Source: the human T2T-CHM13v2.0 reference genome, Homo sapiens. From it: a stretch of 64,000 nucleotides of DNA. The stretch lies in NCBI RefSeq assembly GCF_009914755.1, contig NC_060930.1. The stretch is one strand, 5' to 3'. Positions 1 through 13,032 of this stretch are shown here, piece after piece. A program made the position numbers and the translations under genes. The stretch's first letter is position 1. Each line of letters opens with the position of its first letter. A model generated the notes under the pieces. It made no database searches and was not told the origin of the DNA. It worked only from the letters and a program-made list of their open reading frames with translations.

Positions 1-145
1 GAGCAAAAAAAAAAAAAAAAAAAAAGGTTTGTACAGAAATCTGATAGTGTTTTAAGAAAGATTACGAATTTACGAATTTGTGTTGGGCTGTATTCAAAGC
101 TGTCCTGGGCTACGTGAAGCACGGGCCATGGGTTTGACAAGCTTG
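1..145 (+). mobile_element. MER30 (hAT-Charlie MITE) 3' part, apparently inserted in a Tigger3/MER7 element
   Basis: gttttaagaaag..ttacgaatttgtgttgggctgtattcaaagctgtcctgggc..gacaagcttg matches the recalled MER30 end. Confidence 0.75.
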
Positions 146-146
146 A

Positions 147-347
147 ATTGCTTATAGGGTACAAACCTGTACAGCATGTTACTGTACTAAATACTATAGG
201 CAATTTGAACACAATGATAAGTATTTGTATATATAGACATATCTCAACATAGACAAAGCAGTAAAAATATGGTATTACAATCTCGTGGGATCACTATCAT
301 ACATGTGGTCCATTGTTAGCCAAAACTTCTTTATGGGCCTCATGACT
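147..347 (+). mobile_element. Tigger3a/MER7-like DNA transposon 3' part
   Basis: tacaaacctgtacagcatgttactgtactaaatactataggcaat..atggtattacaatctcgtgggatcact..catgact. Confidence 0.75.
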
Positions 348-364
348 AATTATATGAGGATTCT

Positions 365-717
365 TTAAAAAGTCATACTGAGGAAAAAAGAGTAGAATGA
401 GGATTATCAGAGTCTAGTGGAGAGGTGGTAGGGCAGGGAAAGGAGAGACCAAAGTGTAGAAAGTTTCAGTTAGGCAGGAGGAATCAGTTCTGGTGATCTA
501 TTGCACAGCATGGTCACCATAGTTAATAATAATGTATCATATATTTTGCAAGAACCAAAAGAGGATTTTAACAGTTCTTACTACAAAGAAATGATAAGTA
601 TATGAGATGATGTATATATTAGTTAATTTGACTTGATCATTCTATGATATCCATAAGCAAGAAAATATCACATCATACTTCACAATGTATACAACTATTA
701 TTTCTCAACTAAAAATA
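365..717 (+). mobile_element. Old L1MA 3' end
   Basis: aagtttcagttagg..gatctattgcacagcatggtcaccatagttaataataatgta..aaagaaatgataagtat; A-rich end. Confidence 0.75.
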
Positions 718-719
718 AG

Positions 720-1010
720 TAGAGAAGCAGAGAAATGGCACTTTGAAAATAACTTGACTTGCCATTCATAGATTTGAAGATAAGAGAGTCAGGGAATACA
801 GACATTCCCTAGAAGCTAAAAAAGTCAAGAAAATATGTTTTTCCTTGGAAACCCCAGAAAGAAATGCAGTTCTTCTAACACCTTGATTTTAGCCCAGTGA
901 GAGTTGCATGTCTAAATTCTGATTTATAGATCTGTAAGATAATACTTGCGATTGCTTTAAGCTATCTAATTTGTGGTAATTTGTAACAGCAGTCATAGGA
1001 AACTAATACA
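720..1010 (+). mobile_element. MLT1D-like MaLR LTR, 3' part
   Basis: acaccttgattttagcccagtgaga..tttgtggtaatttgtaacagcagtcataggaaactaataca terminus. Confidence 0.8.
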
Positions 1011-1193
1011 TCAGTCAATACCTACGAGTGGGATTGCTGGGTCATGTGATAAGTGTGTGTTTAATTTTATAAGAAAAACTGCCAAACTGTTAAAAATGAA
1101 ATAAGTAATTCCTTTGTTATACAGGTGAAGAAACAGACTAAGAGAGAAAAGGTATATGGTCAGGTTGGTAGTCAACGAATAGTAATGGTAAGG

Positions 1194-1194
<1 letters not shown>

Positions 1195-1225
<31 letters not shown>
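1195..1225. repeat. (TG)n microsatellite
   Basis: about 15 TG units. Confidence 0.95.
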
Positions 1226-1228
<3 letters not shown>

Positions 1229-4200
1229 ACAAAACTATAATAAAAAAACAAACAATTTTTGAAGTTTATAGTTTATTAAGTTTGTAGTTTGTTTCTGTGT
1301 CTTGGGAATGTGAATTAAACTTTCTGTTCTTTGTTTTATTTGTATTTAGAAGTAAAACATAGGGTATTAGTAATATAGTGATGGAAATAAAAGCAGAGTG
1401 TGAAGTAGAAACAAAACCTGTATATTTTTAGCCTGATACATTCATGTGATACTGAAACTTGAAATATGCTACACAGTAAACCAAAATAATGAGTTCAAGT
1501 TTTTATTTTACTTTCAATGAGTAAACTTAGTATATTATTTAACAATGAGGTCAGTTAAGCTGTTTGTCTTTAAACTGCATGTTTATGTAAATTAGATAAA
1601 CAGAAAAACAGATAGTAAATTTCATCATTATAAAGGGCAGAAATCAGAATCACTTTTTGAAATGTTTATCACAATGTTATAGTACATAGCACTAAATATC
1701 TTTTGAAATAAAAATCATAATCCAAGCCAATATATTTTCATATATGAATTTGAATACAAGTTGCCTTGGATTTAAGTTCCATTCTCATAAACATGATGGC
1801 AGCAGCATTGTTAGAATTCAGGCACCAATGATCCAATCATGTTATTTGCTCGACTCCACTCAGTTGCGATAAGTTGTGTTATCAGTGCCATTCTTGAGAC
1901 TCTGTTTTCCCTTTCAGTGTATCGTCTTGTAAAAATTGAGAGACTTCTATGGAAGATAAACATGACCGAGTACTGGAGCATTTTGTTTATGTTAGTTTAC
2001 CTGCTTTGCCTTTGATTTCTTTTGGTCTTGATAAATCCTTTATTTAAAAATTCTTAAACTATTATTTTGAAACTGTTTGATAACATAGACTTTTTGAAGT
2101 TATTTTCCTTAAACATCAAGTAATGTTTATATAATGCACTTAGATAAACTAACAATACTTAAGAAATCTTTCTCATTACTACCTTATAATTTATAATTAC
2201 TAACCCAAGGCTAGTTATGTTTTAAAATACACAGTGGCCAATCTTTTGCAAAAAACAAATTCTACCATAATGCACCAGAGTATTACAAATAATTATTTTT
2301 CTCACTTTTTTATAGTATTAAATAAAGTGAAACTAATATTTACTATTGACTATAAGAAAATAATATATATTTAAGCTATGTAATATGTTGTCTTTTATGT
2401 ACCTTCATAAGTTGTACTTTTCTGACAAGAATAACACATGCTTATTATAAAATATTTGAAAATTATATAAGCCTGCAAGTTTTAATTAATTTTTCAACCA
2501 GAAATTTAAATTATGGGAAAAATGCAAAATATCCACATATCAATATCTAGAAATGGTTAATATTTTTTATATTTCTTCCCAAAAATATGTGTGCATTCAT
2601 GTAATTGCACATGCATATTAATAATATACATATGTATATACAAATGTATTTTGGAATATAAATATATTTGACATCAAATAGTATATATGTTGTTTACCTA
2701 TAATTACCTATAATTATATTGTGTGTGTAATTACTCTTAGAAACATAATTTTAATGATATACTATTCTATCATATAAATAATATTTTGACTTTTTTTCTA
2801 TTTTGTTCATTTCAAAATCTTTTTCCTATTGGGAAAATAATGTTTATAAAATTTATAAAATAGCATTATACATTAAGAACATTAACATATATCAGATTAT
2901 TTACATGTAACTCATTTGTATCTTGATTGTGTTAAGATATTTTATATCCTGAAAACATTTAATGTTTTCATGTATTTAATATCCAATATTTAGACTGCTA
3001 CTTTCTATTATTTCAAATATTTCTTATTGCTATATCAGCAGCTCTCATTCTTTTGAACAGTTCAGTTTGAGGGAGTTCTTCTCATACCATCCTGTAGAAG
3101 GAATGGTGTGCCTTCCCCTGCAGAGATAGGAACTGTAGTCTTTTCTGTTCAGAACTACTGGAACTACTTTACGCTTTGCCACAGCACTCAGAGGCTCTAG
3201 CTACTTTGTGCATCAGGATTTAAACAAAACGCATGCATGTTTCTTCAACCCTGGAGTGCTTAGTTACATAAAAACTATCTTAGCAAACTTCTTTGCTGGC
3301 ATCCATGGGATGAAACTCCTGCTTTACCAAGAATTGTTTAAAATCTTGGATTATACAAGAAATCTCCTCTTCCATGATAAAAGTGCAAGATGCACTCCAG
3401 AAGCTACCATATTTTACTATATGCTTTATTACATTTTCTTATTAAGTTATCAGTTCTCAAATCCTACTCATCACTTTTCTTCCCAAGGGAGGAGACCACA
3501 GAGAGGCAATCTGTGTAGTGGAAAAAGGATTGAATAGGGAGTTATTTGTTTGAAATAATTACTACTGTTTACTTTAATTATCACAGTAACTATGGAGTTA
3601 CTGTGATATGGATGTTACTGTGATAACATAGGTATGGAGATACCTATGCTAATCTCAGGAGGAAATTATCACTTATAACTCCTATGCAATTGTTGATAGA
3701 TGATCTCTCTCATGGTCATTTTTTGACATAAGCCTATATTTGTCTAACAGTAAACTAAATGTACTTTTTGTTTTAAGACATTTGGCTGCTTCTTAATAAA
3801 AAAATGGTATTTGCATTTTTTGGATTTGGAAATCCTGGTGGCAAGTCCTGGCACTTTTTTATGTGTAAGGTGACTTATTCCAAGTTATTTAACTTCTGTA
3901 AGGCAAAAAATCTTTGGCTGTAATAGGTTCCTTAGAATGATTATTTTTAAGATATTGAACAAAATTGCTGGGAGGCTCCAATTTAATATTATAGAAGTTT
4001 GTAAACAATAAAGTGCTATACAAAAATAACATATTGCTAATGCATGTGGCCCTGGCTTAAACTATCTATACAACATTTAACAGGTTTTATCTCATCACAT
4101 TCTCATTTTTCTGTTGGAAAAAAAAGTCATGCTTAGACTGAAATATCTAAGATTCTGTCTAATGCTGTACCTTGAAATATTGCCATTCATTCCAACAGTA

Positions 4201-4349
4201 ACCAAATGAACACATGCTTACTGTGCTTAACACTTGTCTGTCATGTGAGAACCATCTTGACTTATATGCATAAATTAAGCTTCTGCTTTGAGTGAATCTG
4301 TAAATTAATGTTTGGGTTAAATTATTTTTAGGCTTTCGTTTAGCATTAT

Positions 4350-4816
4350 TGTGTCCACAGTTGGTTCCTGCTGGTGGGTTGGTGGTCTCACTGACTTCAA
4401 GAATGGAACCACGGACCTTCGAGTTTTACAGCTCTTAAAGATGGCACGGACCCAAAAAGTGAACAGTAGCAAGGTTTATTGTGAAGAGTGAAAGGACAAA
4501 GCTTCCACATCGTGGAAGGGGACCCGAGCAGGTTGCCGCTGCTGGCAGGGGGTGGCCAGCTTTTATTCCCTAATTGGCCCCTTCCATGTTCTGATTCTGT
4601 CCTATCAGAGTGCCCTTTTTTCACTCCTCCCCGCAATTGGCTACTTTTAGAATCCTGCGAATTGGTGCGTTTTACAGAGAGCTGATTGGTGCACTTTACA
4701 ATCCTCTTGTAAGACAGAAAAGTTCCTGATTGGTGCATTTTACAATCCTCTTGTAAGACAGAAAAGTCCCCCAAGTCCACACTCCACCCAGAAAGTCCAG
4801 CTGGCCTCACTTCTCA
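4350..4816 (-). mobile_element. ERV9-family solo LTR (LTR12, LTR12F-like)
   Basis: TG..CA termini; exact 4-bp TSD ttat (4346-4349, 4817-4820); repeated ctgattggtgc..tttacaatcc units; ctgacttcaagaatg..ggacc U5 motif. Confidence 0.85.
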
Positions 4817-5599
4817 TTATCATGTTGGATGTTCTAGAAGAATACATTTGCATAGCTATGATATAATATTTAACACTTTACACAACTAATATTTTTATAT
4901 ATGATAAAATAGAATTTTATTCAACAAGCATGGACACTTGTAAGATTTATATGGATGTTACTGCTACATAGTTATTTGTCAGTTTGAATAGGCTATGATG
5001 GGTTTCTTCTCCTAAATATGTGACTGCTTGGCTGAAGCTTTTGAGTGCAGGGACCTTTGGGGAACATAGTAAATTAAGGAAGGGTATAAATGTTTTGGTA
5101 GACATTTTGATAAAATTAAATAGCTGACAATGGCAGAAAGTATCTTTCATATTCACTGGATATTCCAAGGCAAAATTTCACTTTCTTTATATTCTCATTC
5201 ACTCATCTTTGTATATCTATAAAATAAAGATTTTACTGAGATACGATGTAATCTGCAATGCTTGGAAAGAGATGAATCAATATTCGTGTCTCTTTTGAAG
5301 TTATATTTTTAAATGTTGCATTTTAATTCAAGTTAGATCATATGCCATTTTGTAAAAAACATTCAAGTAAATTATAATTCACTTCTTTTACTTCCCAAAT
5401 ACCCTAGTTTTAAACATTCCAATTCAACTTATTTATATTAATGAACTTTCAAAATAATCCTGAGTGTGGGAAGAAAGGTTTAAAGATGACAGCATTAGAG
5501 TTCATGTGTTTTACCTACTCTATCAAACTGTTAATGGATCTCTCAGCTAAAAAAAGACCAAATCACTATGAAACATTGCTTTGAATCCTTATTTTCTTA

Positions 5600-5760
5600 T
5601 ATATTTATTTTTAGTTCATAAAAACTATATATGTTTAATGTGTACAACATGTCATTCTGGAATGTGTATACATTGTGGAATGGCTAAGTTAAGCTAATTA
5701 ATTTATGCATTACCTCACATAATTATTTGTTGGTGGTAAGAACATCTAAAATGTACTAAT
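5600..5760 (-). mobile_element. Old L1MA 3' end, left piece (continues at ~6945-7032)
   Basis: tgtacaacatg..gtatacattgtggaatggctaa..cattacctcacata..gtaagaacatctaaaatgtact. Confidence 0.7.
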
Positions 5761-5762
5761 TT

Positions 5763-6937
5763 AGTGGCTGTACTAATTTAAATTCCCACCAACACTGTAG
5801 GAGAGTTCCCTTCATATCTTTGCCTGCATTCGTTATTGCCTGTCTTTGATGAAAGCCATTTTAACTGGGGTGTGATAATATCTCAGAGTAGCTTTGATAA
5901 TATCTCAGAGTAGCATTTTTCTGATGATTAGAGATATTGAAGTTTTTTTCATATCCCTGTTGGCCATTTGTGTGGTTTCTTTTGAGAAATGTTTATTCAA
6001 ATCTTCTGCCCATTTTAAAATCTGATTATTTGGGGTATTTTTGCTATGGAGTTGTTTGAGCTCCTTGTATATTCTGGTTATAAATAAATCCCTTGTCAGA
6101 CAAATAGTTTTCTTTTCTCCCACTTTAGGGGTTGTCTCTTAACTTTGTTGATTGTTTCCTTTGCTGTGCAGAAGCTTTTTAGCTTGATGTGATCTCACTT
6201 GTCCATTTTTGCTTTGGTTGCCTGGGCTATTGAGGTCTTACTCAAATCTTCCACATGATCCAGCAATCCCACCACTGGATATATATCCAAAAGAAAGGAA
6301 ATAAGTATATCAAAGAGATATCTGCTCCACTGTGTATATTGCAGCACTATTCATTATAGCCAAGATATGGAATCAACCTAAGTGTCCGTAAATGGGATCA
6401 ATGGTTAAAGAAATACATATACACAATGGAATATTATTCAACCATAGAGAGAATGAAATCCTGTCATTTTAAACAACATAGATGGAACTGGGGGACATTA
6501 TGCTAAACAAAATAATCCAGGTACAGAAAGACAAATATTGCATGTGCTGACTTATATGTAGAAGCTGCAAAAAAAAAAAAAAACCTGATCTCCTGGAGAT
6601 GGAGAGTAGGATGATTACTAGAGGCTGAGAAAGATAATGTCAAGGGAGGCATAAAGAGGGTTTGGTTAATGGGTACGTAAGTACAGTTAGATAGAAGGAA
6701 TGAGATCCAGTGCTCTGTAGCACAATAAGGTGACTATAGTTAACAACAGTTTGTTGTGTATTTCAAAATAACTAGAAGAGTGAAATTGTCATGTTCTTAA
6801 CACAAAGAAATGATAAATGCCTAAGGTAATAAATATCCCATTACCCTGATTTGATTATTACATATTATAAGCTTGTATCCAAATTTCACATATACCCCAT
6901 AAATATATACAACTATTATATATCCATAAAAATTAAA
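5763..6937. mobile_element. 5'-inverted (twin-primed) L1MA2/3-like insertion: 5763-6250 minus, 6251-6937 plus
   Basis: Minus-strand ORF2 C-terminal remnant (ORF 5905-6123, [20 protein letters not shown]) abuts a plus-strand ccacatgatccagcaatccc..3' UTR. Confidence 0.8.
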
Positions 6938-6944
6938 CACTGAA

Positions 6945-7032
6945 AGCATTTAATCACTCAGCAATTTTCAAGAATACAATAAATTATTAGCTATAATGAT
7001 GATGTTGTACAATAGATCTCTTGAACTTATTC
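6945..7032 (-). mobile_element. Old L1MA 3' end, right piece
   Basis: gcaattttcaagaatacaat..gttgtacaatagatctcttgaacttattc continues the 5600-5760 fragment. Confidence 0.7.
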
Positions 7033-7512
7033 AATAGATACTATTACACATTAAATATTTCACTGCTGTTATGTGATTTCTAGTTTTAAATTTTTTTAGT
7101 AATATTTTTATTCTAATTCTAATTCTAAATAAAGGTATTTCTAATGTTCACCTTTATGTGAGTATATAAATGCATCTATTTTTATTTTAAAATTTTTTCT
7201 TTATCTTTTTTCCACAGTAATCTTTTACTATCTGGTGTGTTTCTTTTAAATGATATGCTTTGACTTTCCCTATTATCTATACCACCCAGTAATAGTCATT
7301 TTGTTGTTTCTATTTTTCTGTCCCTTCTCCCATGTATATAATTACAGATTTCCAATTTTCAGAACTAAAAGTATTTACAAATTATTCCTCTACTTACTGC
7401 TATCCTTGTTTCAGTCTTAATTCCATGACTAAATAAATTAAATTCTCACCGTCTGTCTTTTTGCCAGAAATTTCCCAGTCATGTTTTGGATGCATGAAAC
7501 TCATACTGTAGC

Positions 7513-7772
7513 AGAGGTGTCAGCAAACTATACATCTTTTGTTGTTCTTGTTGTTGTTTTTGTACAGCCCCAAAACTAAGACTTTTTTTTTATTTTTAAA
7601 GAATTGTTTTTAAAACACGGAAGAAGAGGAAGAGGAGGAGAAGGCTGATGAAGAGGAGCAGAAGCTAGAAGAGGTGGAGGGAAGACAAAGGGGGAGGGGA
7701 AAGGCCCTTATATGGGCCACAAAGCCTACAACATTTATTATCTAACCCTTTACAGAAAAAGTTTGCTGACTG
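7513..7772 (+). mobile_element. MER58C-like hAT MITE with an internal GA-rich expansion
   Basis: TIR-like ends gtcagcaaact / agtttgctgac; cacaaagcctacaacatttattatctaaccctttacagaaaaagtttg. Confidence 0.7.
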
Positions 7773-7854
7773 TACAGTATTCCCTGAGTTCTCGAGTATT
7801 TATAAAGTTGTTACAGTCTTGTTACTGAAGGCTAGTGGTGGTATAGTATGGTAA

Positions 7855-8930
7855 ATGGTGATAAGTGATAAGAAAAATGAAAGCAAACCAGGAAAGGAGA
7901 GTATAAGAAGGGAGAGTACAGATTTTAGATGGTTAGGAAACCCTTACTGAAAATGTAAATTTTAAACTAAGATATGCATAAAGTGAGAAAATGGCCATTT
8001 GGAAATCTAAAAGGAGAGCATGTCAAGTCACTGGCACACAGGAGTAGAAGCTTTGAGGCGGGAGCATGGATGTTACTGTCAAAGACTAGTAGACACCAGT
8101 ATTGCTGGAGCAAAGAGAGCCAGAGGTGAGTAGAAAAGGAAAATGTGAGAAAAGTCATGGGGAACCAGATCAAGTAGGAACAAATTCCTGTGAATAATTT
8201 TTATTTTGCTTCAAGTGAGACAGAAACCCATTAAGAAGAAGAGGGAAATAATCTGAGTTCTGGGTTTAGTAGGATCACTCGACTATGCTACTACGCTGAT
8301 ATTAAACTATAGGAGACAGGGCAAAAGCAAAGGGATAGACCAGAAAGCTAAGGCAATTATTCATTTGAGAAATATAGTACCTTAAATCTGAGTGGTGGCT
8401 ACGAGAATGATGTAAAGTAGTCACATTCTGGGTATAAACAACCAAATTTGCTGAATAACTATAGTAAGAATGAGAAAAGAATAAAGTCAAAGACAACACC
8501 AAAATTAAATACTTGTGCATTTGGATGACTGGAGTTTTCAATAACTTAAAAGGAAAATAACATAGAATAAGATTCAGGGGAGGAGTATAAGGAGTTCAAG
8601 TTGGAGCTTGTTCAATTGAGTACCTACAATATACCCATATTCATATGTACATGTTTTCATACATGTTTATATACACATGACTATATGGGTCTGGAGTTTG
8701 GGGCAGAATTTCTGGTTGAAAAATATTAATTAAAGAGGTATCTGTACATTGACAACATTTAAATCCATGAAACTGGATGAGTTAACCTAGGCTGAGTGTC
8801 CAGAGAAGAGAAAAAAGTTTAATGTCAGAACTCTGAAACACTGTACCATTTCAAGGTCAGAAAACTGAGGAAGTTGTAGCTAAAGAAGCTGCAAAAAAGC
8901 AACCAGAAATATTGGAGTAAAACCAGGAGA
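7855..8930 (-). mobile_element. LINE-2 (L2a-like) fragment
   Basis: Purine-rich antisense L2 pattern: gctttgaggcgggagcatgg, aggatcactc, agagtcaaagacaacacc, tttaaatccatgaaactggatgag. Confidence 0.7.
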
Positions 8931-9949
8931 GAAAAATTAGAAGGAAAATTAACAATCTAAAATCTCTGTAGGAAATTCTTGGTCAGGGTACTAGATTTGT
9001 TTTTCAAATGGCTGTTTTTTCATAGATAGAAAGGAAAGGCAGATGGAATAAGAAAAATTAATGTGTTTCTTTGGTAACAATTTTATTAAATTCCACCATA
9101 ACTGCATATACTATTAATCTAAAATCTTTACTGCTTCAGGATTATGGAGTTTACATTTCTATTCTGGAGAATTTATTTTATATTGGTAATTTCCCTGCTT
9201 TCTCTTAGATTCATACTTAGCTTCCTTCAATCCGTATGGGTGGGACTGGGAGTCTACAAACATTTCTCCGATCCTTTTCTTGTGGTCTTGATATTAACTT
9301 CTGCCTCCCAGAGGTACTGGTCAAAAGTCAGAAGTCTGGGCAGTACAGAGATGTTGTCAGCTCCTGTTTTTTTCTGATATGGCAGCTGGAGTCACTCCAG
9401 ACTCCAGTAATCCAGCCAGAATCGTTTCTTTTTTCAGTGGTTTTACTAACAGAAAGGGAGACTCCTTCCAGAAGTTCCCAAATCAATTTTAAGAGCAGGA
9501 TGCTAAGTACAGGCTCATGAGCTTCATCCCACGGATATTAGAACTTCTGATCTTTGAATATTTACCCTATCTTAGTTTTTGCTCTGTGCTTCCAACAAAT
9601 GTGTAACCTATGTATTATATTTCCTCAGGTACTGTATTCCCTCTGAAACTCAGGTCTTGGATATATTCTTGAATCTTAAGACATATAACTTTATCCTGTA
9701 TTGTTATTTTCTATTAGTTTATTTTTCTTTCATTATTGTATCCAATATGGCAGAAAATACACTTGCTATATTCATATATGTACTATTAGCCCTTAGCACA
9801 GAGTTTGGCATATATTAAGTAAATAAGCAGTGAAAGGTAAATAAAGTAATTAAATGATGCAATATACAAATACTTGTTTTTTAAAAATGATGTATATTGG
9901 ATGGTATTTTCACAAACACACAAGCACATGTGCACACTAATTTATTTTT

Positions 9950-10550
9950 GAGTAGGCTATAGACTTTTCCTTATATTGACCCAATAGAAAGGTGAGGTGT
10001 GTGTCCCACTTTCTTGAATCTGGGCAAGCCTGTGACTACATCAACCGATAGAATAGAATGGAATAGAAATAGCAGTGCATAATTTTGAATTTAGGTCATA
10101 AAAAAAAAGTCTTACAAGTTTCTCCTTGCTTCCTAGAATACTTGAGAGGTCTGAACCATTATGTAAGAAATCTGTCTAATCAGAGGCTGCCATACTGTTA
10201 GGAAGACTAAGTCACATGGTTAGCTGTTATGTAGACACACTCCCTTGGACAGCCTTGGCTGAATCCAGTTTTTGAGTCATTTCAGCTCACATATCAGACA
10301 TGTGACAAAAGAATATTCTAGATGTTTGGGAATTGTTTGACTGTTAGTCATTTAATTAGGTCCTCAATTAGAACCTTATCAATTAGGTCCTCAAATACTG
10401 TCAGGTAGAAATAAGTTAACCCTCTGTTTATTTCTGAACTTCTGATTTATAGAATATAGAAGCATTGTAAATCTTTTTGTTTGCTTTTTAATGCCACTAT
10501 TTTTTTATAGTGTTTGTTACATAGCAATGCATAACTGCATAACTGGAACA
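9950..10550 (+). mobile_element. MLT1G/H-like MaLR LTR
   Basis: cttgaatctgggcaagcctgtgact..ttaggtcataaaa..tttgttacatagcaat..aactggaaca terminus. Confidence 0.7.
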
Positions 10551-12679
10551 AAAGTTTTATCATTTTTGAAACAATGAATCACTTTTAAATGGCCAAAACC
10601 AGACAAGTATACACTATTAAAAAAGTGATATTTTAACCTTATACTTTTAGGTAGACAAGGATATTCTTGCAGATATTTTTCTAGAAACATTTAAAATTTC
10701 TCTTACTCTCATCCTTTTTTTTTCCATCTTTTGTAAAATCTTTTGTTAGATACTAGGGCCTTTAGGAACTAACTCTAGTTAGTTATGTATCTGTTTTGCT
10801 CTCCTGGTATTGCTCCTATTTTAGTGGTAATTCCTGCTCAGCTGCTTTGTCTGGTTCTTACTCATTTACCTAACATGAAAAAGCTAGAGTACCTCAAGGC
10901 TGAGTGCAGTTTCACTATGGGAAACCTGTAAGCCCCATAAATTGCAAAATGATAAAAAATATAGTAAGTAAAGAAGAATGAATCTTGTAAAGAATACCTC
11001 ACTTGTGTCCATCTTTCATCAATCATCACACACTATGAAGTGTTCCTCTGTTGGCAAATACAAAAAAAAAATTTTTTTATGTGTAAACTATATATTTATT
11101 TAAAATGTTTTTATTATCAAGCATATATAATTTTTATATGTGAAAATTGTTTTGTTATTTGGTTTGTCATGAAATAAATATTTTCTCACCAATATTAGTG
11201 GAAAAATATAAACTTTTTATTTAGAATCAAAATTTTCAAGATGAATTAAAGTAAATAACTGAAGAATAAGTATACTGAAGGCCAAGTATGTGTAAATCAT
11301 TAACTCCATGGATATTCATGAGAAGTCAAACGCTTGGGCCAAAATATGAAAGTGTTAATATACAAGCTGTATTTGGGCTCAGTGATTACATTAACATTTC
11401 ACAATGGCCCTGTAATAATTCTGGACATAACATAATATTGCTGATATTGTCTGAATTTGTGAGAATTCTAAAAGTCAGAATAAAATATTTGAATTTTATT
11501 TTATAGCCAACTGAGTGGCATCATTAGGTTGGAACATAGCAAAGATATTTTTAAAAGCTTGCTATGCTGTCCAAATTCAGCAGGTATTGAGTATGAGTTA
11601 GACTTGACCATATTTTAATGTTTTTATTAAAACAAATTTCCATAAGGTGTTTCTTTTTTCCTACTTTTATACTATTTATTGATTTGGGGGGTTATTTATT
11701 TAAATATAACTTATCAATTGTTTTGTTAGTGATTTAGAAATAGGTTGTCTCTATTCTTTATCCTCGTGTTGTCTATAGTTTTAGACTGTAAATGAAATAG
11801 TAAATCTGAAACTTCAAAGGAAAAACTTTTTTCTCTTTCTTTTTCTCAAGTGTAATTAAATAGTTTTATTTCAGCAGGGGCTCAAGTTAAATGTTCTTCC
11901 ACACAATTGACAAAGCAAGTATGGTGCCTACTTTTCATTCCTTCAAAGAGTCTGCTAAATTACCCTTAGCGTCTCTTTGTTTAACTACATTCCCATGTAG
12001 GCTATAGAGTTTATTTTCAAGGAACATTTGACAAGAAGTATTCTTCAATGTTTTGCTTGCCTGCTCTTTTAGTAGCATCAATCTTGAACTCCCACTGCCC
12101 TACAAATTGTATTTCTTCAGGCAAAGTGACTTTTTCAACTGATTCTCTTCTGTAGTGAAATAATTCAGGTAAGCAAAGACAGCATGTATAGCAACACACT
12201 AGGCAGTGATTAACCAACTCTAAAATTTGCGTATGTTTGAGAGAAATATTTGAGAGATAAGAACAAAAACATGTTTAGAAATATCTGGCAACTAAGATAT
12301 GACATCTGAGGCTAAATTTCTAATTAAAATTTATTAAAGTTGATGACCACATCTTTATTTTGAAAAGAAGAGTGTATCTTAGTAACTTCACAAGTCACAT
12401 CAGATATATCTTTTAAAATATTTATTATAATATTATATGGGTTATTATCTTAAAAATCAGTATTTTCAGAATCATACCCTCAAGTGGAGTGCTTAAAATG
12501 GTTGACAGTATAGCAAGAGATGAGAGAACAGAAGCCAGTCAGAAAATTTAATTCAAACATGTTTTACATTGCATATTTTATCTAAGGATCAAGAATGTAA
12601 TTGTGTCAAAATCAAGACTCAAGTTGAGATTTTTTACTTGCTTATCTAGTGATTTTTTTGAGTGAAGAGTAGGAAATAG

Positions 12680-13032
<353 letters not shown>

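Noticed and set aside
3208-3537. 109-aa ORF in non-repeat DNA (likewise 16935-17246, 34436-34786, 52848-53201)
   Set aside because: No recognisable domains, composition typical of random AT-rich frames, several non-ATG starts, and no supported exon structure.
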